From Candidatus Sericytochromatia bacterium (lineage in GTDB: Bacteria; Cyanobacteriota; Sericytochromatia; S15B-MN24; UBA4093), in the NCBI GenBank assembly GCA_036676985.1, contig JAKFBU010000026.1:32001-96000 (forward strand): 64,000 bases of DNA. Direction: 5' to 3'. The first letter of the stretch is position 1; the number at the start of each line of letters is the position of its first letter. The position numbers and the translations under genes are program-made. Of this stretch, positions 18,479 to 28,051 are shown piece by piece. Under the pieces are notes generated by a model. The model was not told the DNA's origin and ran no database searches. It saw only the letters and a list, made by a program, of their open reading frames with translations.

Positions 18479-19258
18479 GTGGAAATCGCAACGATTCTAG
18501 GGCTGCTCCTCGGCTGGGGAGCCATGCTTGCCGCCAACGTGCTGGAAGGCGGCCATCTCAGCTCCCTGTGGCAGTACACGGCCTTCATCATCGTGTTCGG
18601 CGGCACCATCGGCGCCACCCTGATTGCCTTCCCCCTGAAGGACGTCCTGGCGCTGCCCAAGCTCATCGGTCTGACCTTCCAACCCAACCCCTACGACGCC
18701 TCCGCGCTCATCCCCCAGCTGGTGGGCTACGCCGAGAAGGCCCGCCGCGAGGGCCTGCTCGCCCTGGAAGCGGACCTCGCCGAGGCGGGCGATGAATTCC
18801 TCCAGAAGGGCATGCAGATGGTGGCCGACGGCATCGACCAGCACACCGTCCGCGACATGCTCGAGACCGAACTCAGCTTCATTGCGAGCCGCCACGCCGC
18901 GTCCTTCGGTATCCTGGAGGCCATGGGCGGCTTCGCGCCCACCATGGGCATCATCGGCACGGTCATGGGCCTCATCCACGTGCTTGGCAACCTGAGCGAT
19001 CCGAGCAACCTGGGCGGCGCCATCGCCGTCGCCTTCGTCGCCACCCTGTACGGCGTCTGGACCGCGAACCTCCTGTGGCTGCCCCTGGGCACCAAGCTCA
19101 AGCGCCGTAGCGAGCAGGAGATCCTGGTGCGCGAGATGATGCTCGCGGGCATCCTCGCCATCCAGGCCGGCGACAACCCCCAGATCGTCGAGGAGAAGCT
19201 CAAGAGCTACCTGTCGCCGGCCATGCGCCGGGCCCTCAAGCCGGCTGAGGAGGCCTAG
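18479..19258 (+). CDS. motA: Flagellar stator MotA
   Basis: ARREGLLALE, APTMGIIGTVMGLI and AFVATLYGV motifs. Confidence 0.97.
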   Translation: MEIATILGLLLGWGAMLAANVLEGGHLSSLWQYTAFIIVFGGTIGATLIAFPLKDVLALPKLIGLTFQPNPYDASALIPQLVGYAEKARREGLLALEADLAEAGDEFLQKGMQMVADGIDQHTVRDMLETELSFIASRHAASFGILEAMGGFAPTMGIIGTVMGLIHVLGNLSDPSNLGGAIAVAFVATLYGVWTANLLWLPLGTKLKRRSEQEILVREMMLAGILAIQAGDNPQIVEEKLKSYLSPAMRRALKPAEEA

Positions 19259-19260
19259 GC

Positions 19261-20031
19261 ATGGGCGGGCGGCGTGGACGCGGACATCACGGCGGGGGCG
19301 GGCACTCCTCGGGTGAGCGCTGGCTCATCACCTATGCCGACCTGATCACGCTGCTCCTGGTGTTCTTCGTCGTCATGTACGCCATGTCCCAGGTCGACAA
19401 GGCCAAGTACGAGAAGCTCAAGGACTCGCTCTCCAAGTCCATGACGGTGGTCGGCGCGGGTGGCCGCGACGACACCATCATCCAGGGCGGCGCGGGCGTG
19501 CTGCCGCAGGAGAACGTCATCTTGGCGCCCGAGCAGCTCGAGTTCGAGCGCATCGCCAAGGACGTCGAGCAGATGGCCAAGGAGGCCGGCCTCGAGGGCC
19601 AGGTCGAGACGACCTTGGACAAGCAGGGCCTGGTCGTCTCCATCTCCAACGCGGGCTTCTTCGAGCCCGGCGAGGCCACCCTGCGCGGCGAGGTGGTTCC
19701 CACCCTGGACCGGATCGCGCGCATGCTCAAGGCCGCCGATCACGATCTGCGGATCGAGGGACACACCGACAACATCCCTATCTCCACCCCCAAGTACCCG
19801 TCCAACTGGGAACTGTCGGCCGTGCGCGCCACCACGATCGTGCGGTTCCTGGTAGAGCGCCATTCCCTCGCGCCTCGCCGGTTATCCGCCGCGGGGTACG
19901 GGGAATACTACCCGAAGGTACCCAACGACACCGAAGCCCATCGCGCCCAGAATCGCCGCGTTGACATCGTCGTCCTGCGCAACGCGCAGGCTCCGGCTGC
20001 GCCGACGTCCGGCGGAGCCGCATCCAGGTAG
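19261..20031 (+). CDS. motB: Flagellar stator MotB
   Basis: WLITYADLITLL; OmpA-like IEGHTD, NWELSA.RA and NRRVDI. Confidence 0.97.
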   Translation: MGGRRGRGHHGGGGHSSGERWLITYADLITLLLVFFVVMYAMSQVDKAKYEKLKDSLSKSMTVVGAGGRDDTIIQGGAGVLPQENVILAPEQLEFERIAKDVEQMAKEAGLEGQVETTLDKQGLVVSISNAGFFEPGEATLRGEVVPTLDRIARMLKAADHDLRIEGHTDNIPISTPKYPSNWELSAVRATTIVRFLVERHSLAPRRLSAAGYGEYYPKVPNDTEAHRAQNRRVDIVVLRNAQAPAAPTSGGAASR

Positions 20032-20051
20032 CAGGAGGACCACCTCGCCCC

Positions 20052-20639
20052 ATGGCCACTAACTCCAAGTCCAAGAAGCCCCCCGCCGGCGGCGGGCTCA
20101 ACATGAAGGTCGTCATGGCCGCCGTGGGGATCGCCCTCATCTCGAGCGTGAGCTCGTTCGTGGCGATCCGCTTCGCCATGCCCCGGCAGGTGATCATCGA
20201 GAAGCACATCGTCACCGAGAAGGGCAAGGTCGTCGAGGACAAGCACGAGGAGAAGAAGCACGTCGCGGCTCCCGAGACCTACCCCATCGGCGAGTTCATC
20301 GTGAACCTCTCGGAACCCGGCCGTCGCTACCTCAAGACGAGCGTCACGCTCTTGGTCGCGGCCGAAGAGGCCCACGGCGATGGCAAGAAGGACGAGGGCG
20401 GCGGTCACGGCGGGGGTGGCGACAAGGACGCCAACGCGGCCGTCAAGGCGGCCATGTCGCCCTACGAGGCCCTCTACAAGGACACCATCATCACCACGCT
20501 GTCCCGCCAGACGATCGCCCGCCTGCAGGCGCCCGGCGGCTGGGCGTTGGTCAAGGACGAGCTCAAGGTCGCCCTCAACAAGGCCGTTCCGGACAAGAAG
20601 ATCGTGGGCGTGCTGTTCACGGATTTCATCATCCAGTAG
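20052..20639 (+). CDS. fliL: Flagellar basal-body protein FliL
   Basis: N-terminal TM, FIVNL...RYLK and C-terminal VLFTDFIIQ. Confidence 0.92.
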   Translation: MATNSKSKKPPAGGGLNMKVVMAAVGIALISSVSSFVAIRFAMPRQVIIEKHIVTEKGKVVEDKHEEKKHVAAPETYPIGEFIVNLSEPGRRYLKTSVTLLVAAEEAHGDGKKDEGGGHGGGGDKDANAAVKAAMSPYEALYKDTIITTLSRQTIARLQAPGGWALVKDELKVALNKAVPDKKIVGVLFTDFIIQ

Positions 20640-20651
20640 GAGTCGGTCCGC

Positions 20652-21671
20652 ATGTCGGAGATCCTGTCCCAATCCGAAATCGACGCCCTGCTGTCGGCGC
20701 TCTCCTCCGGGGACCTCACCCCGGAGAAGCCCATGGCGGCGCCGGTGGCGGCCGTCGAGGAGGAGCAGATCCGGCGTACGGTCAAGATCTACGACTTCAA
20801 GCGCCAGAACAAGTTCTCCAAGGATCACATCCGCACCCTGTCGATGATCCACGAGGCCTTCGCGCGCCTCCTGAGCACCTCCATGTCCGGCCAGCTGCGC
20901 ATGCTGGTCCAGGTCGAGGTGGTCTCGGTCGAGCAGCTGACCTTCGACGAGTACTCGCGATCGCTGCCCTCGCCCACCATCCTCAACGTCTTCACCATGG
21001 AGCCCCTGGTCGGCACCAGCCTCTTCGAGGTCAACATCGACATCACCTCGGCCATCATCGACCGCCTCCTGGGCGGTCCGGGTCGGGTGACGCGCATCCG
21101 CCGCGACCTGACCGACATCGAGCGGACGCTCATCTCGAGCATCACCCAGCGCCTCTTGAGCACGCTGAGCGAGGCATGGCAGAACGTGCTGACCTTCAGC
21201 CCCAAGCTCGAGACCATGGAGATGAATCCGCGCTTCGTCCAGATCGTCCCGCCCTCCGACCCGGTCGTGCTCATTACCTTCGAGGCCAAGTTCGGCGAGA
21301 ACACGGGGCCCCTGTCCCTGTGCATCCCCTACATCGTGCTCGAGCCCGTGATGAGCAAGATCTCGGCGCAGGCCATGTTCGCCACCCAGCGCCAGAGTCA
21401 GTCCAGCGAGTACCGGGCGAACCTGACCGGGCGCGTGAACGCGACCAACGTGCCCTTCCAGGTAGTGCTTGGCGAGACCACTGTGTCGGTTTCGGACGTG
21501 ATATCCTTAGGCGTGGGCGACGTTCTGCCGCTCGGGACGCCCGTAGACAACGAGCTGTCCATCATGGTGGGCGAGCGCCTCAAGTTCATGGGGCGTCCCG
21601 GCACGATCCGGAACAAAATGGCGGTGCAAATCACCGAAGTCATCGATAACACGGAAGGGGAAGAGGCATGA
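20652..21671 (+). CDS. fliM: Flagellar motor switch FliM
   Basis: [10 protein letters not shown] CheY-binding motif, YDFKR, DRLLGG and C-terminal SpoA domain. Confidence 0.97.
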   Translation: MSEILSQSEIDALLSALSSGDLTPEKPMAAPVAAVEEEQIRRTVKIYDFKRQNKFSKDHIRTLSMIHEAFARLLSTSMSGQLRMLVQVEVVSVEQLTFDEYSRSLPSPTILNVFTMEPLVGTSLFEVNIDITSAIIDRLLGGPGRVTRIRRDLTDIERTLISSITQRLLSTLSEAWQNVLTFSPKLETMEMNPRFVQIVPPSDPVVLITFEAKFGENTGPLSLCIPYIVLEPVMSKISAQAMFATQRQSQSSEYRANLTGRVNATNVPFQVVLGETTVSVSDVISLGVGDVLPLGTPVDNELSIMVGERLKFMGRPGTIRNKMAVQITEVIDNTEGEEA

Positions 21672-22759
21672 GCGAAGGGTTGACGCCCGAACTTCTGGGG
21701 TCACTCGAGCAGGTCGGCCAGCTCGCGCTGGGTTCCGGTGCGACCACCCTGTCGATCCTGCTGAACAAGCAGGTCACCATCGGCTCGCCCAAGATCTCCG
21801 TGGTATCGCCCGGCGAGCTCGCCTCGGTCATCAAGGACCCCCTGGTCCACGTGGACGTGAACGCCAGCGCCGGCGGCTCGTCCATGGCCATCGGCTTCGT
21901 CCTCACCCAGCACGACACGGCCATCATCACGGACCTCATGATGGGCGGCGAGGGCACCCCGCCGTCGGCCATCATCGATGACCTCCAGCTCTCGGCCATC
22001 TCCGAGGCCGTCAACCAGATGCTCGGCATGGCCGCCAACACCCTCGGGTCGACCTACGGCAAGAAGCTCGAGGTCCAGCCGCCGCACGCGGGCGTCATCG
22101 ACAACCCCGAGGACGCCCTGCTGCCCGCGGTCTACCAGGAGCCCCAGATCGTCATCATCGCCTACCAGATGACCATCGAGGGCCTGGTCACCAGCACGCT
22201 CCTCCAGATGATGCCCGAGTCCTCGGCCATCTCCATGGCCCAGGTCTACCAGGCGGCTCCCCAGGAAAAGACGGTAGCCCCTGCAGCCGCCGCACCGGCT
22301 CCGGCGCCCCAGCCCGTGGCGCAGCCGGCACCTCAGCCCATGCAGCCGGCGCCCCAGCCGATGGCGCAGCCCGCGTACGCGGCAGCTCCGCAGCCCGTCT
22401 ATGCGGCGCCCCAGCCTTCGCCTTTCTCTCAGCCCGTCAACGCCCAGCCTGCGCAGTTCACCCCCCTGATGGGCGCCGGCATCCCCTCGACGCCGCCCTC
22501 GGGTCTCGACCTGGTGCTGGACGTCCCCCTCAAGGTCACCGTCGAGCTGGGTCGAACCCGCATGCAGATCCGCGACGTCCTCGAGCTCGGCAAGGGCTCG
22601 GTGGTCGAGCTGGACAAGCTCGCCGGCGAGCCGGTCGACCTCTTGGTCAACGGCAAGCTGATTGCCCGCGGCGAGGTGGTCGTCATCGACGAGAACTTCG
22701 GCATCCGCGTCACGGACATCGTGAGCCCCGCCGAGCGCTTCAGCTCCTTCCGCAGCTAA
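21668..22759 (+). CDS. fliY: Flagellar motor switch FliY/FliN (CheC-like + SpoA domains)
   Basis: [12 protein letters not shown] CheC motif; C-terminal [12 protein letters not shown]...[15 protein letters not shown]. Confidence 0.88.
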   Translation: MSEGLTPELLGSLEQVGQLALGSGATTLSILLNKQVTIGSPKISVVSPGELASVIKDPLVHVDVNASAGGSSMAIGFVLTQHDTAIITDLMMGGEGTPPSAIIDDLQLSAISEAVNQMLGMAANTLGSTYGKKLEVQPPHAGVIDNPEDALLPAVYQEPQIVIIAYQMTIEGLVTSTLLQMMPESSAISMAQVYQAAPQEKTVAPAAAAPAPAPQPVAQPAPQPMQPAPQPMAQPAYAAAPQPVYAAPQPSPFSQPVNAQPAQFTPLMGAGIPSTPPSGLDLVLDVPLKVTVELGRTRMQIRDVLELGKGSVVELDKLAGEPVDLLVNGKLIARGEVVVIDENFGIRVTDIVSPAERFSSFRS

Positions 22760-22797
22760 TCAGGAGAGTCCGCGCCCCGGAGGGCGCGGCCACCGCT

Positions 22798-23421
22798 ATG
22801 AGACGTTCGTTCCGCTCCCAGCTTCTGCCCTCCCTGTTCCGCCTCGCGCGGCTCCTGCCTCTCGTCCTCATCCTCTGCTCGACCGTCTTCATGGCCTCGG
22901 CCCTCGCCGCCGACCCGAGCCCCTCGCCCCTGCAGGAGGCCGCCTCGGCCTCCGAGGGCTTCGAGTGGCGCGACTACCAGGATCCGGGGCTCGAGCGCTC
23001 GGAGGGCAACCCGCTCGTCAACACGCTCAGCTTCATGCTCAAGTTCGGCCTGGTGGTCGGACTCATCTACGGCGTCGCCTGGCTCTACAAGAAGGGCCTC
23101 ATCCCGAAGAACCTGCTTGCTGTCAGGCCCGGCATGGGACCCGTCACGGGGCGGGGTGCCATGCGCGTGATCGACAGCATCCCGTTGCGGGGCTCGCAGA
23201 GCCTGCATGTGGTCGAGGTGGGCGATCGCGTCCTGGTCGTCGGCTCCAACGGCCGCGAGACCCTCGTCAAGCTCACGGAGTGGACGGGCAAGCGCCCGCG
23301 CTTCGACAGCCTGCTCGATGGGGTCGAAAGCGGTGAGCCCGAGCCGGAGGTCAGCACCTTCTCCGAGGAGCTCGAGAGCACGCTGCGCCGCGTCATCCAG
23401 CGCGAAGGGGGCGAACAGTGA
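22798..23421 (+). CDS. fliO: Flagellar biosynthesis protein FliO/FliZ
   Basis: TM helix followed by MRVIDSIPL...SLHVVEVGDRVLVVG; lies before fliP. Confidence 0.85.
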   Translation: MRRSFRSQLLPSLFRLARLLPLVLILCSTVFMASALAADPSPSPLQEAASASEGFEWRDYQDPGLERSEGNPLVNTLSFMLKFGLVVGLIYGVAWLYKKGLIPKNLLAVRPGMGPVTGRGAMRVIDSIPLRGSQSLHVVEVGDRVLVVGSNGRETLVKLTEWTGKRPRFDSLLDGVESGEPEPEVSTFSEELESTLRRVIQREGGEQ

Positions 23422-24158
23422 GCCGGCGCCTGATGCCCATCCTGGCCGCCGCCGGTTGGTCCCTCCTGGCCGCGGCCCCGGCCATGGCCCAGCTCGAACT
23501 GCCCAAGATCCCGGTCTCGGGAGCGCCCCAGGACATCGCCGCCAACCTCCAGCTCTTGCTGCTGTTGACGGTCCTGAGCCTGGTGCCGGCCATCCTACTC
23601 CTGATGACGGCCTTCACCCGGATCGTCATCGTGCTCTCCTTCGTCCGTCAGGCCATGGGGACCCAGATGATGCCCCCCAATCAGGTGATCCTGGGGTTGG
23701 CCATGTTCCTGACCTTCTTCGTCATGGCGCCGACCATCTCGGCTATCAACACGCAGGCCATCCAGCCCTACATGGCCAACGAGATCACGCAGGCCCAGGC
23801 CTTCGATCGCGCCCAAAAGCCGATCCGGACCTTCATGTTCAAGCAGACCCGACAGAAGGACCTGGCCCTGTTCGTGCACATGGCCAAGCTGCCGCGGCCC
23901 CGCAACCCGGACGACATCCCGACCTGGGTGCTGATCCCGAGCTTCGTCATCTCCGAGATCAAGACGGCCTTCCAGATCGGCTTCGTCATCTACCTGCCGT
24001 TCCTGGTCATCGACATGATCGTCTCGAGCCTGCTGATGAGCATGGGCATGATGATGCTGCCGCCGGTCATGATCTCGCTGCCGTTCAAGATCATCCTGTT
24101 CGTGCTGGTGGACGGCTGGCACCTCCTGAGCCGCGCCTTGGTCGCGAGCTTCCAGTGA
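23418..24158 (+). CDS. fliP: Flagellar export gate FliP
   Basis: FTRIVIVLS, PPNQV and MGMMMLPP..ISLPFK motifs. Confidence 0.98.
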   Translation: MSRRLMPILAAAGWSLLAAAPAMAQLELPKIPVSGAPQDIAANLQLLLLLTVLSLVPAILLLMTAFTRIVIVLSFVRQAMGTQMMPPNQVILGLAMFLTFFVMAPTISAINTQAIQPYMANEITQAQAFDRAQKPIRTFMFKQTRQKDLALFVHMAKLPRPRNPDDIPTWVLIPSFVISEIKTAFQIGFVIYLPFLVIDMIVSSLLMSMGMMMLPPVMISLPFKIILFVLVDGWHLLSRALVASFQ

Positions 24159-24207
24159 GGAGCGCCTGCGGCTCGCCCCCGGCAGGGGGCAACAGGGAGC
24201 TATCCCC

Positions 24208-24477
24208 ATGACCCAGACCGTGTTCTACGAGCTGTGCCAGCGGGCGTTGACGATCGTCGTCACCGTGGGCGGCCCGCTGCTCATGGCAAGCCTCGCGGTC
24301 GGTCTGCTGGTCAGCATCTTCCAGGCCGTCACGTCCATCAACGAGGCCACTCTCACCTTCATCCCCAAGATCGTGGTGACGGTCGTGCTGCTGGCCCTGG
24401 CGGGCCCCTGGATGGTGCAGTCCATCCTGGACTTCATGGCCCAGCTGCTGATCGATCTGCCGCGCTTCGCGAGGTAG
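24208..24477 (+). CDS. fliQ: Flagellar export gate FliQ
   Basis: GLLVSIFQAVTSINEATLTFIPK. Confidence 0.97.
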   Translation: MTQTVFYELCQRALTIVVTVGGPLLMASLAVGLLVSIFQAVTSINEATLTFIPKIVVTVVLLALAGPWMVQSILDFMAQLLIDLPRFAR

Positions 24478-24480
24478 GCC

Positions 24481-25257
24481 ATGGACCTGGCCGCGCTGAT
24501 GCAGCTTCCGCCAGGTGGCCTCGAGGTGGCGCTCCTCGTCCTGGTGCGCGTCTCGGCCCTGTTCGTGTTCGCCCCGGTCTTCGGCAACACCGCCATCCCC
24601 ATGCGCGTCCGGGTCGCCGGGGCGGTGATCATCGGCCTCCTGCTCACGCCCATGGCGCTGGCCGGTCCCCGACCCGACCTCAGCACGCCCTACCTCCTGA
24701 CCGTCGCGGTGGCGAGCGAGCTCGCCGTGGGGCTCACGCTCGGGTTCGTGGCGTCCATGTTCTTTCACGGCGTCACGTTCGCGGGCTACCTCCTGGGCCT
24801 GCAGATGGGCTTCGGCATGAACACGCTGTACGATCCGGCCACGCGTAACCAGAGCACGGAGCTCGGGGTGCTGCTCACGCTGGTGGCGACCGTGGCCTTC
24901 ATGGCCTCCAATGCCCACCACTGGCTGCTGGCGGCCGTCTGGCGCTCCTTCAAGTCTGTGCCCCTGGGCACGTTCGTGCCGAACGGGCCCATCGCGGAGA
25001 AGATCGTGCTGGCGACCGCCGGGATCTACGACGTGGCCCTGACCATCATGCTCCCCATCACCGGGGTCATCCTGGTCGTCGAGCTCGCGCTGGCCATCCT
25101 CAACCGGGTCATCCCCCAGATGAACGTCTTCTCCATCGGCACCGGCGCGAAGATCCTGATCGGCCTCACGGCCCTCTCCGCCACCTTGCCCCTCATGGGC
25201 AACACCTTCGACATCCTCATCGACCGGCTCAGCCGGCAGCTCATCGAGTTCTTCTAA
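24481..25257 (+). CDS. fliR: Flagellar export gate FliR
   Basis: E..VG..LG, QMGFG...YDP and PQMNVF motifs. Confidence 0.96.
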   Translation: MDLAALMQLPPGGLEVALLVLVRVSALFVFAPVFGNTAIPMRVRVAGAVIIGLLLTPMALAGPRPDLSTPYLLTVAVASELAVGLTLGFVASMFFHGVTFAGYLLGLQMGFGMNTLYDPATRNQSTELGVLLTLVATVAFMASNAHHWLLAAVWRSFKSVPLGTFVPNGPIAEKIVLATAGIYDVALTIMLPITGVILVVELALAILNRVIPQMNVFSIGTGAKILIGLTALSATLPLMGNTFDILIDRLSRQLIEFF

Positions 25258-25260
25258 GCC

Positions 25261-26331
25261 ATGGCCGAGGACAAGGAGCAAAAGACAGAAGCCCCCTCCG
25301 GGAAACGCATCTCCGATGCCCGGAAAAAGGGGAACATCCCCAAGAGCGCGGACTTCAGCTCGGCGGTGGTGCTCATGGCGTCGGCCTTCATGCTGCTCTT
25401 CTGGTGGCGCGGGGTGGTCGACACCCTGCGGGCACGCATGATCGTGACCTTCTCGGACCTGCCGACGGGTGATCTGACCATCGAGGGTCTCCGTCACCTC
25501 GCCATCGAGCTCAGCCGCGAGGGTTTCCTGCTGCTTGCGCCCTTCATGCTGAGCTTGCTCCTGATCGGCATCGTCACCAACGGCATCCAGACCCGCTTCA
25601 ACATCTCGACCGAGCTGATGAAGCCCTCCTTCGCCAAGCTCAATCCCATCAACGGCATCAAGCGCATCTTCTCGCTGCGCGGGGTGGTCGAGACCATCAA
25701 GGGCATCGTCAAGATCGTCATCGTGGGCTTCTTCAGCTTCCTGGTCATCCGGGACCGTTACGAGCAGATCGTCACGGCCGTGCAGATGGATCGCCAGCAG
25801 CTGGGCGCCCTGGTCGGGGACACGGCCTGGACCATCGCATGGCAATCGGCCCTCGCCCTCTTCATCGTGGGCGTCGCGGACTACGCCTACCAGCGCTGGG
25901 AGTGGTGGCGCAACCTCAAGATGACCAAGCAGGAGGTCAAGGACGAGCACAAGCAGATGGAGGGCTCCCAAGAGGTCAAGGGCGAGATCAAGAAGCGCCA
26001 GCGCCGCGCGGCGCTGCGCCGCATGATGCAGGACGTCCCCAAGGCGAGCGTCGTCATCACCAACCCGACGCACTACGCCGTGGCCATCCAGTACGAACGC
26101 GAGCACATGGAGGTGCCCGTCGTCGTGGCCAAGGGCGCTGACCTCATCGCCAAGAAGATCCGGGACATCGCCCGCGAGCACAACGTGCCCATGGTCGAGA
26201 ACAAGCCCGTCGCCCAGGCCCTCTACCGTCAGGTGGAGGTGGGGGACGAGATCCCGCCCGACATGTACGCCGTCATCGCCGAGATCCTGGTGGCCGTCTC
26301 CCGGGCCGATCGGCGCGCGGCTCGGAGTTGA
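25261..26331 (+). CDS. flhB: Flagellar export switch FlhB
   Basis: KTEAPS.KR..DAR.KG, KMTKQEVKDE and an intact NPTH cleavage site. Confidence 0.98.
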   Translation: MAEDKEQKTEAPSGKRISDARKKGNIPKSADFSSAVVLMASAFMLLFWWRGVVDTLRARMIVTFSDLPTGDLTIEGLRHLAIELSREGFLLLAPFMLSLLLIGIVTNGIQTRFNISTELMKPSFAKLNPINGIKRIFSLRGVVETIKGIVKIVIVGFFSFLVIRDRYEQIVTAVQMDRQQLGALVGDTAWTIAWQSALALFIVGVADYAYQRWEWWRNLKMTKQEVKDEHKQMEGSQEVKGEIKKRQRRAALRRMMQDVPKASVVITNPTHYAVAIQYEREHMEVPVVVAKGADLIAKKIRDIAREHNVPMVENKPVAQALYRQVEVGDEIPPDMYAVIAEILVAVSRADRRAARS

Positions 26332-26424
26332 CCGGATGCTTCATGGCTGTTTCATGTGGTGTGAGCAAGCGCTGGGGGACGTAGCCGACGGGGCTATAGT
26401 GCCCCTGGTGCGACGAGGCGAGCC

Positions 26425-27252
26425 GTGAAGAGTCATGCCCCCGATGACCTGGTCGGTCGCGTCAGCCGCCTCCTCTACCAGGAGGCCGCCCTGGCCTATC
26501 CCCCGTCGAAGCGCGCCTTTGTCGAGGAGCGGGTCCGCACCTTCATGGCTGCTTCCCGTCTGCAGACGGAGGCCGAGCTGCTGCGTCGGCTGGAGGTCGA
26601 TCCCGGGGCTCGGACGGGGCTCATCGAGGCCCTGACCATCCACGAGACCCGCTTCTTCCGGATCCCCGCCCAGTTCGAGGCCCTTGCCTCCCTGGTGCCG
26701 GAGCTGGTCGAGCGGCGGCGCCGCTCCCTGCTCGATCGCCCGCGGCTCCGCTCGTGGGTGGCCGCATGCTCGACCGGCGAGGAGGCCTATTCCCTCGCCA
26801 TGGCCCTCCGGGCCCTCGAGGCAAGAACCCTCGAGGCCGAGATCCTCGCCACCGATCTCAGTCGAGCCGTACTCGCGCAGGCGCGCCGGGGGCGCTATGC
26901 CGCCGAGCGGCTGGAGCTGATACCCCCCCGCCAAAGGGAGGCGTCGTTCATCGAGCACGGCGGCGAGCTGGAGGTGCGCCCCGAGGTGCGCGCCATGGTG
27001 CGCTTCGAGGCGCACAACCTCAAGGCGCCCTGTCCGTCCGGCCCCTGGGACATGATCTGGTGCCGCAACGTCATGATCTACTTCGACAACGCCTTTCGAG
27101 CCGAGCTGCTGGAGCGCTTCTACCAATCGCTTACCCCGGGAGGGTATCTGTTCGTCGGGGAGGCCGAGACGCTGCACCTGGTCCCCCATCGCTTTCGGAC
27201 GGTCGAGGTGGGCGCCGCACTCGCCTATCAGCGCCCGCTGGACGAGCGCTAG
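26425..27252 (+). CDS. cheR: Chemotaxis methyltransferase CheR (copy 1)
   Basis: TIHETRFFR, ACSTGEEAYSLAM, ATDLS and CRNVMIYFD motifs. Confidence 0.92.
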   Translation: MKSHAPDDLVGRVSRLLYQEAALAYPPSKRAFVEERVRTFMAASRLQTEAELLRRLEVDPGARTGLIEALTIHETRFFRIPAQFEALASLVPELVERRRRSLLDRPRLRSWVAACSTGEEAYSLAMALRALEARTLEAEILATDLSRAVLAQARRGRYAAERLELIPPRQREASFIEHGGELEVRPEVRAMVRFEAHNLKAPCPSGPWDMIWCRNVMIYFDNAFRAELLERFYQSLTPGGYLFVGEAETLHLVPHRFRTVEVGAALAYQRPLDER

Positions 27253-27462
27253 TCGTTCAGCAAATCTTCAGAGTCGGCAGGCTATGATGGGGTGGCAGGC
27301 CCTCGGATCGGGACCCGTCGACAGATCTTCACGCAACGCCGGGGTAATCTTCATATTTCGTGTCGTTTTTCGATGGTTAGGTGCCGCAGGATACGGTATA
27401 ACCTAGATATCCGGGTGCTTGCCCACCGACCGGGTCGGCATGAAGTCCGCTTGCGGGCGCAA

Positions 27463-27480
27463 GATTAGAGAACTCTAATC
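27463..27480. promoter_or_regulatory. AT-rich palindrome in the cheW leader (operator or hairpin)
   Basis: GATTAGAG-AA-CTCTAATC is a perfect inverted repeat. Confidence 0.5.
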
Positions 27481-27559
27481 GAAACCCGGCGGGAGCAGAT
27501 GGTTGACGGGGGTATACATAAATGCGCTGTCGCAGGACGGGCGCAGGAAGGGGTGAGGA

Positions 27560-28048
27560 ATGAGCGAAGCGACGCTTGAGAAGCAGGGGACGAGCCTCCT
27601 GCAGTTGGCGACCTTTCGTCTGGGCTCGGAGGAGTACGCCGTCGACATCGCCACGGTCCAGGAGATCGTGCGCATGACGGCCGTCACCCGCGTGCCTCGC
27701 GCGCCCTCCTTCGTCGAGGGCGTGGTCAACCTGCGCGGCAAGATCGTGCCCGTCATCGACCTGCGCAAGCGCTTCGGCATGGCCACCGTCGAGGCGACCA
27801 AGGCCACCCGGATCATCATCGTGGAGGTCGGGGGCAAGACCGTCGGCCTCATCGTCGACGCCGTGCGCGAGGTGCTGCGCCTGTCGTCCGACGCCATCGA
27901 TCCCACCCCCGAGATGGTCTCCAGCTCCATCGACGCGGCCTTCTTCAAGGGCGTCGGCAAGCTCGAGGATCGCCTCATCATTCTGTTGGACCTCACGCGC
28001 CTCCTGACCCTCGACGAGATGGCGGCCCTCGGAAACGACGCGGACTAA
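27560..28048 (+). CDS. cheW: Chemotaxis coupling protein CheW
   Basis: F.LGSEEYAVDI..VQEI and VEGVVNLRGKIVPVIDL motifs. Confidence 0.97.
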   Translation: MSEATLEKQGTSLLQLATFRLGSEEYAVDIATVQEIVRMTAVTRVPRAPSFVEGVVNLRGKIVPVIDLRKRFGMATVEATKATRIIIVEVGGKTVGLIVDAVREVLRLSSDAIDPTPEMVSSSIDAAFFKGVGKLEDRLIILLDLTRLLTLDEMAALGNDAD

Positions 28049-28051
28049 GAC

